The notes beneath the pieces are model-generated. The model worked only from the letters and a program-made list of their open reading frames with translations, searched no databases and was not told where the DNA came from. A stretch of 64,000 nucleotides of DNA from Podarcis cretensis. Its lineage: Eukaryota. The translations under genes and the position numbers were made by a program. Location of the stretch: the NCBI GenBank assembly GCA_951804945.1, contig OX638150.1, positions 58,776,001-58,840,000 of the forward strand. The letters run 5' to 3'. This document shows, in pieces, positions 24,690-35,304 of this stretch. Position 1 is the first letter of the stretch; every line of letters begins with the position of its first letter.

Positions 24690-25355
24690 GTGAGTAGAAT
24701 TACAGGTTTTATGAAATGTTCTGCTGCTCTACCGTTTCTAGTAATTCTTTAACTCCAGTGGCCTGATTATCCTAACAATCACTGAAACTTCACAGCGCCC
24801 AGGCATAGCTTCTGTTCTGATCGCTATCTGTATATTCATTTTCGTTACGATTTTTACTCAAGGAGTTCCATATTTTTCATTTGCCTGTCTAGATCATCCT
24901 TTTGTAAAGATAACGAGAAAGGCCCCAGCCTTCCTCTTTACCTTGGAGCTAGGGAGAAGGCAGAATTTGTCCCCACAGCTGAGTGAGCTTCCGAGGGTTC
25001 AGTACAGCAGTGGAGAAAATCCCCATCCTCTCTCCAACTCAGAGAGGAAGGTTTGGCTGGCACATGGATCCTCTTGGTCACATGGGACCAAAATGAGCAC
25101 CAAACTTTTCCTCCTGTTCCTTGGGTAGCTTGTGTGACAGAGTGAAGGACTCAAAGCACTTTTGTCGGTCGGCACCAAAACAAGTCCCTGCTTCTCTTCC
25201 CAGGTGACAAATGAGGGCTGCAGTCCTATGCATATTTACCAGGGTTAGGCCGTAATGAACACAATCAAACTTTACTTCCATGTAAACCAAAAGTTGTGGC
25301 TCCATTCTTACTCCAAGCAAGCACAAAAATCAAATGGAAAAATGGGGGTAGGAAT

Positions 25356-25376
25356 TGTGTGTGTGTGTGTGTGTGT

Positions 25377-25423
<47 letters not shown>

Positions 25424-25469
25424 TGAGAGTGAAAGTGAAAGTGAGAGTGAAAGTGAAAGTGAGAGTGAG
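25356..25469. repeat. Compound microsatellite (GT)n-(GA)n-(A[A/G]AGTG)n
   Basis: Direct read. Confidence 0.95.
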
Positions 25470-28400
25470 CAGAACAATACTATCTGTTGTAGGTCCATGA
25501 CATGGGGTGTCTTTCAGCACAGACCCATTGGCTTGGTTAGAACTAGCTCTTGAAAAGCTCAGTAGGGAAGTCAAATGCCCATAAATCCTGCAGTCCCTTC
25601 CACCCACCACACATTTTGGCCCTCCTCAGCAAATTAAAAGCACACTGCTAGGATAGCATAGACAGAAGGGTATCTTTTCTCATTAAATTTATTCTTTCCT
25701 TTGTGATTAATTTTTATAGTAGGAATCAGTTTCTAGATAAGGCCAGGGAATGCTTTGTTAATAATCTTTTCAAAGGAATGGTCAATGTTTGTGAAATTGC
25801 TCAGTGTAACAATTTATGATGACAGACCTTCATCTACTCTTCTTTTGCCCTACTCTTCCCCTGCTGTGTCTAGTGCAGGCTGTGCTGCCGCATGCAAGAC
25901 AGTAAAAGGAAATTTATTAGAGTCCTGCTTTGTGAAGTTCCACGTTGCCAGAACTCATGGACTCTTGTAAATTTCTCTTTTATTAGCTATGCATACAAAA
26001 ACAAACAGTGGCGGAACCAACTGTGATGCTACAGAAAGTAGAGGAGATGGGGGCAGAGTTGGCACTGCATAAACAACTGAGGAGATGGAAGACACAAAAC
26101 AAATTGCCTAGTGAACATCTCTTGAGAAAGGAAAACACAGAAAGGAAAAGCTAGGAATGGGAAGCAAAGAGGATTTAATAGTGCATGGGAATAAATGTAC
26201 AAGGGGTAAGCGCTGACAGAGGGTATTGCAGGCATCATCCTTGTGACTGACTGCCCTAGTTGTGCCAGGTTCAGAGGTGAAACTGGAGGTTCAAATAAGC
26301 CATGAAAATACAAGATCTGTCCTGATCAGAGAGAGAATCAAAGCATTTTGTAAAACACTGTATTCACACTTAATTTTGATTCTTTCTCCTATGATTATAT
26401 GTGTGCTTACGTTAAAATGTATCGCTTGCCTTTCTACCATAAACAGTACTAAGCAGCACTCTTTTCAATGTATATGGTGCTTCAGAAGGTTCACATGAAA
26501 TGCAATTCATGATCTCTACCATGTGAAGCTGGGGGACTTTCTGCGTTTTGTGTATAAATGCCACTGGGCCTTAGGAAGTGTTCTGTATGTAAGAGATGAA
26601 GTGACCCAAAGAAATTGCTCTTCATGAAGGAATTTAATGCTTCACTTTAAAAAAAGGCACCTTTTTACCCCCTCAAAAATTAAAAAAAACCCAGCTAGTG
26701 TTAAGTTTCTTCCAACTCATTATTATTTCTGCACCAGCTGCTGCTACAGTCTTAAAAACAGGTTTGAAACCAGCATCATGCCCCCAAAATGCTACCCAGA
26801 TCTCTTCTTATGATGAGGATGGGGCACATGGGGCCATCCAGATTTTGTTAGACTCAACCAGTCCAACAACATCTGGAGGGCCATAAGCTCCTCATTCCTG
26901 TTTTATGATGTAATTCATGGTCAGAAACCTGTTTTACAATATTTTACAAATATTTTAATTGATATTAAAAACTATATAAGAACCCAAATTAACTTTATCC
27001 ATAAGATACAATTGCATCTAGGACAAAATTGTTCATAAAAACCACTATTGACACCATTTCAACTCACAAGAACAGGGCCAAGAAGAGGAATATCACAACA
27101 CCTGAGTTGAGGCTAATAGTGCAAGTTCTTTAATAAAGTACTAGTTTTTGTGGAGTGAGTAAAGGGGCAGGATCCTGCATTAAACAGGAACAGTAAGTGA
27201 CAGATCACAGGATGAGGCGTGGATTGAAAAGGGGGAAAAACTTGTGCCAATCTGAAATATCTTTAAAATTGGACTAAAAGATTTTAAAAGTGGAATAGAG
27301 ATTTCCTGAACCAGATATAACCTTTATCCTAGATGACATGATTATGCATTAAGAAACTGTGTTGGACTTTCAAGATTGCTCTTCAGCCACGTACATTCCC
27401 TTCACCCTTTATTTTCTTCCTGTAACATAGGAGAATGATTCTCTTGCTTACATTTCTGATCTCTGTAATTTTAGGTTGTTGAAGCTATGTTTTTAGCAAC
27501 AAAGACAAACACAGCAAAACAATCTTCCACTGAGAGCCACTGTCCTAAGTTCCCCCGAGACTCAGTGAATTCAAAACAATGCAGCTGTAAAAATTAATTT
27601 ATCTTAATCAACTTCAGCAAAGCTTCATAATCTTTCAGTTACTTGATAGAGAAGTGCAGCTTGTTTATGGTGTGTGGTGTAGTTTTAGCAATGCTGGTGA
27701 AAGTAGTTACATGGCCAATAAAAAGCATTTTTCTCTTAGACATATAAATTAAGAAACTGAAAGACATTCTAACACATATCTTGCCAGAGGCAGCTGTTTC
27801 CCTTGTAAAGAGATTTCAGTCTGATGTTCACTTCAAACCATAATAAATCGAAAGGTGTGTGTTAAAATATAGATCACGTAAAATATATAGTGCATAAATC
27901 ACATTTCTGTACTTGAGTCTTGGATATTTATTCTTACCATTTTTTTCTAAAAACTTTTCCACCTCTAAAACGGGAGCTTCCAAAATTTCTTGAGATAATA
28001 CTAACATTTTGTATGGGTTTGCAGTCCAAACCATGTAGGTCTGACAGGAAAGCGCATCACTGTTAGAGCAGTCATGATACGTTTATGCAGATAAGACGGT
28101 ATTGTCTCGCACCAACTTCCTTCTCTGTCATCCACTTTCTTATTGCTTCCTCCACCAGTTTTATAGTGGGACTAGGAGCTGTCTCAGTATATTTCAATGT
28201 GTGTATTATAAGACCAAGCAAGCAATGTATAGAGAACTTCACCTAGGGATCATCAAAAAGAGCATACAGGATATATTGACAGTGTGAAGACTGCTTTCTA
28301 GGGTGTTTACAGATAAGACAAACATTTTACTGTTTAAACCTTCTTCCCTAACACCTGCTATTCCCATTACAGTGCTGCCCAATTTTTAGACCCATCCGGG

Positions 28401-29027
28401 GGTTTTTAATGCCACAAACCTCCCATCATCCTCTGTTGGTTCACCTCAATGGTCCCACCTTTCACAACCAGCTGTCCGCATTTCTTTTAACCCGTTTTTA
28501 TACCACACCATTCCCAGTCTCTGTAGTCCATTTTCACCACCAGGTTTTGATTCTAAGCAGTCCATAGTATTTAGTTTAGAGACTATATTTGCTTTATTGC
28601 CCTGGGTTACAGCCTGAAAGTTCATGTAGAGGCCCCTTGTTGGCTGTCTTCAGTTACAGATATTGCAGCTGGGGGAAGTGTCAAAGGAGTTGCAAAGTGT
28701 AATCATGGCTTGAGTTGGTATAAATTTCCAGATTTGAACCTATTGCAGAAGTGGACTATGTGAAAGGGAAGTTCACAGAGCAAAGTGGACTATCCACCCA
28801 AACCTAAAGTTAAGGAGGGCAGAATATCTGGCACAATTCCTACCAATAGGCAGCTATTTAAGCAATGATCGGTCTCCTCACAAAAAAACCAACAAAAGAA
28901 ACATCACTGATAGGTTTAAAATAAGCATTCTTTGATCACTGAGTACCCACAGGAGTTAGAAAATACTGAAAGCCTCATCTATTAGCTGGAGGTGTCATAC
29001 CTTATAGTATTTAAGGCTTGTTCCCGT

Positions 29028-29186
29028 CAGTGGCGTAGCGTGGGGGGTGCAGGGGGGGCCGGCCGCACCGGGCGCAACATCTGGGGGTTAGCGTTAGGGA
29101 TAGGGTTAGGGGGCGCAAATCCACGGGTTAGGGGGCGCAAATTACTTGCCTTGCCCCGGGTTCTGACAACCCACGCTACGCCACTG
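29028..29186. mobile_element. hAT-superfamily MITE with telomere-like internal repeats
   Basis: Perfect 17-bp TIR cagtggcgtagcgtggg / cccacgctacgccactg; perfect 8-bp TSD gttcccgt (29020-29027 / 29187-29194). Confidence 0.9.
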
Positions 29187-29981
29187 GTTCCCGTGAGCAG
29201 ATTGATTCTTGTGTTATTATTCAGGATTAGCTGTCCATGTAGGAACTACTTAATCCTGTGAGTGCTTAACCAAACTTTTAGCCTGATCCTACCTATGTTT
29301 ATTCACAACTCAGTCCCACTGAGTTCGGTAGGCTTTCCTCCCAAAGAAGTATGCATATGATTATATCCCTAAAAAGTAATTGTGCAGTAGGAGCCAAATC
29401 CAGGAGCTGTGTATTATTGAAGCATTGTATTGAATCCAGGATTCGGGCTACTGCACTCATGCAGGACCTTTGTTGCTTTGGCAATGGGAGAGCACAGTCA
29501 GAGCTGCTGTGAATAAAATTATAAATAAAACTTGCAATTATATCCTCATAAGATGATTGTTTTTAGATTTGGTGCACAATATGCATTTTACCACTCTACT
29601 CAAACCCTTTTAAAACCTTAATGAGCATGTATCAGTAAAGTCAAGTCCTCTGCTTTTCCATATTTAGTTCCCTTTGAACTGTTACAGCACACATTCATTT
29701 CAGGAGGGTGTTCTTTTTTTCTGGCTAATTAGGACTTATTGAGGAATTAGTCATATTTTCAATTCACTTTTGATTGCTTTTACTTCCAAACTGACATCAT
29801 ATTTTGTATTCATGTTACTCCAGGAAGCCTTTATTTAAAAAAAAAAAAAACAAGAAAGAAAGAAAGAAAAAACCAAAACCACCCATTCACAGATGTGACA
29901 GTTAAAGTATTCCACTGCCCTGTTTCTTTGATTCTTTTGCCCCTCACATTATTGACCTTGATAAACCAAAATTAAGAAACT

Positions 29982-30330
29982 GACGCGGGTGGTGCTGTGG
30001 GTTAAACCACAGAGCCTAGGACTTGCCCATCAGAAGGTTGGCGGTTCGAATCCCCGCGATGGGGTGAGCTCCCGTTGCTCGGTCCCTGCTTCTGCCAACC
30101 TAGCAGTTTGAAAGCACGTCAAAGTGCAAGTAGATAAATAGGTACTGCTCCGGTGGGAAGGTAAACGGTGTTTCCGTGCGCTGCTCTGGTTCGCCAGAAG
30201 CGGCTTAGTCATGCTGGCCACATGACCTGGAAGCTATACGCTGGCTCCCTCAGCCATAAAGCGAGATGAGCGCTGCAACCCCAGAGTCAGTCACGACTGG
30301 ACCTAATGGTCAGGGGTCCCTTTACCTTTT
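29982..30330 (+). mobile_element. Sauria SINE, near full-length
   Basis: Closely similar to 7813-8165; no clear TSD. Confidence 0.9.
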
Positions 30331-31445
30331 TTATCCGCTACCCCAGTCTAGATTCCATTGTGTCTTAGGGTGGTAAAAAGCCCCCATGCAAAGCCATGTG
30401 TGTTTTGTCAGAAAAAGGGCACCTGCATGCTTCACTGGGTCAGTTTTTGCTTGCAAAACTGCATGCGCATTTTTTTACCTGGATATGTTAATATAGATAA
30501 AGCACCTCAGTGGCATAAAATCAATAGATTTCAGGGGTATTTTTTTCCCCACCAAACACCTTTCAGAAGCAGAAACAACCATAAATTGTAATACCTTAAA
30601 TTTTGGGACATCAGTTACTATTGTGCAGGTGACAGTCTCCTAGAAGGTCTACTCTGACATGAACACTGCAGTGAAAATGCACCCAGTCTGGATGCAATTT
30701 TCTTAACTGCACCCAGAGAAAAGAATAATTGTTTGAGTGCAGGGTTTGTCCTTAATTACATAAGGAACAGGTCCTTGTTTTTATTTGTCTTGCTGGTTAT
30801 TTACAATTAAGATCCAGGAAGCTCACTGCCCAAAGTCTCACTCACATTAATTCATCAGTGAAGACAGAAGAAACCCAGATAATTGGGCAAGTGTAAATTC
30901 ATGGTGTTTCTGTCACCATATAGCTTTTTAAAAAAAGCCTCTGACAAGCAAACAATTCTGTTTACTATTTTGGTTCCAGCTAGCAGAGATTAATGGTGAG
31001 GGGCAGATCAAATGTGATGTTAGAGATACACAGGCTCCTAAATACTTGCACTGTTTTGTAAAAGCTTACCAAAGGGATGCATAGTCATGGATATCCAAGG
31101 CTTACTAAAGAGATGGATATTCATCCCCCCCCCAAAAAAGCGAGGGGGAAGAATGAAAAATGTTATATGAATATCATTCTTTGTCTGTATAAATTACTGG
31201 AAATATTGTTGAGGACATGGTACATGAAGCACTCCAGTGAGAATTTACTTTTCCTCCCTACTTTCATGCCATCCCACAGTTTTACTTCAGAAATGCAATG
31301 CTGTTATGAGGGGGATTTGTTTATTTATACACACATAGCCTAATCCAGTCAATTGGCCTACAAACATGGAATCAAGCTTCCACATGCACAGTCCCTAGTT
31401 GTAAGAAGATTCATAAACACAAGTAGATGTAAACAACAACAACTA

Positions 31446-32005
31446 CCGTATTTTTCGCCCTATAGGACACACTTTTTCCCCTCCAAAAATGAAGGGGAAA
31501 TGTGTGTGCGTCCTATGGGGTGAATGCAGGCTTCAGGAAGCTATCCGCAAGGCTTGCAGGCAGCAGCCCGAAGCCCGGGGCGTGCTGCACAGCACGCCCC
31601 GGGCTTCGGATCCCCGACCTGGTTTGGAGGCTGGCGGCGGGGAGAAATGCACTTCCCGCTGTCCCGTGATCTGGTCTGAAGGCTGGTGGCAGGGAGAAGC
31701 GCGTTTCTCCCCGCCGCCAGCTCCACAAGTTCGGGGGACAGCAGAGAGGCGGAGTGCCGCCATCCCGCTGTTCCCCGACCTGGTTTGGGCTTCATGCAGA
31801 TATCCGCAAGCGTGGGAGCCCGGCGGGAAGTCGCGCCGGTCTCCCAAGGCTTGCGGAGAGCTGCCTGTTCTGGGGTCGGGTGAAGCTCGGGCGTCCTCCA
31901 CCCCAGCCCCGCGCCTGGGGGGGGAATAATTTTTTTTCTTTATCCTCCCCCAAAAAATTAGGTGCATCCTATGGGCTGGTGCGTCCTATGGGGCGAAAAA
32001 TACGG
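31446..32005. mobile_element. Tc1/mariner superfamily (Tc2/pogo-like) MITE with GC/CpG-rich interior
   Basis: TIR ccgtatttttcgccctataggac / gtcctatggggcgaaaaatacgg; TA TSD. Confidence 0.85.
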
Positions 32006-32007
32006 TA

Positions 32008-32230
32008 TATTTATACCCTGGCCATCTGGCTGGGTTTCCTCAGCCACTCTGGGCAGCTCCCAACAGAATACTATATTAAAAACCTTGATAAAACATTAAA
32101 AACCTCCCTAATCAGGGCTGTCTACAGATGTCTTCTAAAAGTCAGATAGTTGTTTATTTCCTTGACATCTGATGGGACGACATTCCACAGGATGGGTGCC
32201 ACTACCGAAAAGGCCCTCTGCCTGGTTATA
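32008..32230 (-). mobile_element. L2-like LINE 3' fragment whose (AAC)n tail lies left of the MITE (~31431-31443)
   Basis: atttataccc..ccatctggctgggtttcc..agccactctgggc and gggtgccactaccgaaaaggccctctgcc motifs typical of squamate L2 3' ends. Confidence 0.65.
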
Positions 32231-35186
32231 TGCATTTGTGATCCATCTATTAGGGCTGCACACGCATAGCTATTGGGAACTCTCTTTTTTCTGGAGTGGG
32301 TGGGGAGGAGCTGAATTTAGTCATTTTTCCTACCTTGGACACTGTTCCTCTTGTGCAGATACTTCTCTGAATTCAACACCCACCCACCCCTTTTCTTTAC
32401 TTGCTTGGAGATTGCTTCAGGACTTTTTAATGTAAACCTCTATACAAATTTAATGAGCTAAACATCAAGCAAGACACAGAATTTGTGCTTAAATTGGTTC
32501 AGAACTTCTTTTTGGTTTTGCTTATTTTGGGTCCCCGTCCCCCCAAGTGCCTGTTATACACAGTTGTGGGTAAGGTCCTGATGAAATAGCACAGTTTCTT
32601 AAAAGTTTGATGCAGGTAGGAGTTGGCAGGGATTCTGAAGGAGGGGTCTCCAGAGAGATTTTTTGTTATGTGAATAAAGCTTTATTTTCATACCAGCTGC
32701 TGTTATTGTTCATGGGCATGAGTGTAACAGCATTGCACAGGGCGGTAATGAATCAGAATTTGGCCCAGTTAGTATATGAATGAACCAGGGCAGACTTAGG
32801 TCAGAAGAGGATGGGTATATTTAGATGCCTGTAAAGTCTATATTTACTTCACACTGTGCCTCTGACAGTGTGTGACAGGGTGGCTTAAATCATCAATGAA
32901 GTCCTGTTAGAGATTAGCAACAGGCTTTTCATGCCCCTGTACTGATTTGGAAAAGCAAATGTTAAAAATCAGGAGCTCTTCTGCTTGAAGACTGATCTTG
33001 AACTTCAGGGGTCAGGGGTTGAGGTCTCGGACCCCTGCAGTTGCCTCAGCATGATAATGTGTCAGGAAGTAATTTGACACTTGAACAGCTCTTTTTGGTC
33101 TCCTTGATCTGTGTCTGGGCTTTGCTCTCTCCTGAACAGCTATGCTGTCGAAACAGGATAGCCAACTGGTACAAGGTTTTCTTTTACCACTGACATTCCC
33201 TCTGCATACAGTATTTATGCTGAATGGAGCTTTTCTCTGAGGGGGATTTCTTGCAACTGGGTCATCAGTCACTGGTGAAATGACAGCATCTCTCCTGAAG
33301 GAAGCAAGACAGAAGTGACCTTTGGGTGACTGGGTTTGTTTTAGAAGCACTGTCATTTGCTGTACACCTGCCAGAGAGAAAGGTGTTATTGTTTTGTGTG
33401 GGGGTTTTTTATTTTTATTTTTTAAAAAGAAGCATTTGGAAAATTCTGTGGCAGATTGTTGTCCGTGGGGACAAACAAAGCCAGTAGTATTAAACCACAA
33501 CCCCTGTCATAGCACTATCAGGAGTTGTGGTTTTTCCACACCTTGTAAACCACAATCTGTAGCCAAAGTTTGTTAGTGTACCGATCATGGTTTGTTGGAG
33601 TGAAACAAACCATAATTCCTGGTTCGGATATAACACTAAGCCAGAGTTTCCTCTGCGTGCTAGCAGGGAGCCGACAAATAGTCCAGAAAGATGCACTCAT
33701 GGTGAACCATTAACTGTGGTTTACCATGCCATGCAAAGTGGGCCACTGTATCTTTTTGACATTTGTAGATCAATCCTGCTCCTCAAGGCTCCAGCAGTGT
33801 CTGCAAACTGAGTCTTTGCTGTATAATTCTCTTCTACTATACAAAGCTATTACTAGCAACACAGGACTTTTAAACGTAATGACAGAAAAACTTGCTGCAG
33901 TTCTACTGCAGAATTCCATAGAAGTACTATTTTATATAGACACATCCTGAACCAAGCTGTATAATTAAAACAGTAGGTTTTAATTATATTAAACGTATCC
34001 TACAGATGTTGTGATTTTAAAGTTCATTCCCATTACCAGAGCCATGCGCAAACAAAGTAATGCATTGTACCAATAGCTCAATCTTTGTTGGAAGGAAGGA
34101 AAGCTGGGCTGCCTCTGGTCACTGAAGGCACAGTAGTTGCCTGCTTGAGAGCGGTTGTACCATAGTGGCTGGATTTTGAGCTTGGACGTGGATGCAGAAG
34201 ACCCAAAGTCCAATCCTTTCTTATCTTTGACATTCATTTAGTGGCCTTGGCCAAGTCATTATGTCTCAGCCCTGCCTGGCTGACATTGTCATATGAGAAG
34301 AATATGAGTTGTTGTATGAGAAGGATAAAATGAGACAATTTCATCTCTTCCAGCCTAGAACTTTGTTGTGCCCTGCAAGTGTAGGGTAAACAATTTTCTT
34401 TAGAAGAAGCAGAGATTTATTTGTCAATAATTATTAAAAGATTCAAGACACAACAGAGGTTTTCTTACCCCAGTCTGTGACTCATTAATATTTGCTAGTT
34501 TCACCTTCCCTCATTCTTTCACCATAGTTCTTGCTCTCATAACCAGAAGAACCCACACTTCGTGGCATGTGCAGTCCTCTCTCCTGCCCTCCACAGATCA
34601 ACTCCATTCCCACATTAAGACTGGACAAAATATTTGTGGCATCTTCTCTTTGCAAACAATTGCTGCTTGAAAAGGTAGATAAGCTATCCTCCCAAGCCTA
34701 TTACATGAATTAGATGCCAGACGGCCTCTGCTGATGGTCAAAGGCAGCTTATAGTAGCCTTTGCCTTAAGCCCAGGTATAGAAAACCTGCCACTCTCTAG
34801 ATATGGCTGGACCCCAACTTTGGCCAATGGTTGGGGATAGTGGGTATTTCACCAACATTTCAACCACAGGTTACCCATTCCTGCTTTAGGTTATTGTCAG
34901 TTATTCATAGGTATCGGGCTGATAACTGATCCAAGAGGGAGATGTTTCTTTTATTGGTGGTTTCTTGCCCGCAGTATTTGCATTATTCGAACTGCCTCCA
35001 GAGTATACAGGAATGCAGGCATGAAAGATGGAGAAACAAAGTGTGCCATGGAAAGATTTGATCACGATAAACAAGAGGGCAAGGATAAGCAGAGAAATGG
35101 TGTGGCATTTTAAGTAGCTGAGATGCCAGTGGATTTTTGTCAGAATTCACCACTAAAGTAGAAACCGGGCTTATTCTGTTTTGCAG

Positions 35187-35304
35187 GTTAGGAATCTCTG
35201 TTACATGGTGACAAGGCGAGAGAAAATGAAGCACTCCATTTGCAAACTCCAGGAACAGATCTTCCACCTACAGATGAAACTTATTGAGAAGGACCTTTAC
35301 CCAG
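35187..35304 (+). CDS. JADE2: JADE2 coding exon; not in ORF track
   Basis: ttttgcag|GTT acceptor and CAG|gtatat donor; 118 nt, phase 0 to 1. Encodes [39 protein letters not shown]. Confidence 0.96.

Noticed and set aside
25255-25610. ORFs with RE/SL/VK dipeptide repeats
   Set aside because: Translations of the compound microsatellite.
31489-32149. Cluster of overlapping GC-rich ORFs, or a possible CpG-island promoter
   Set aside because: Contained in a TIR/TA-bounded MITE; high GC suppresses stop codons and no protein family is recognisable.
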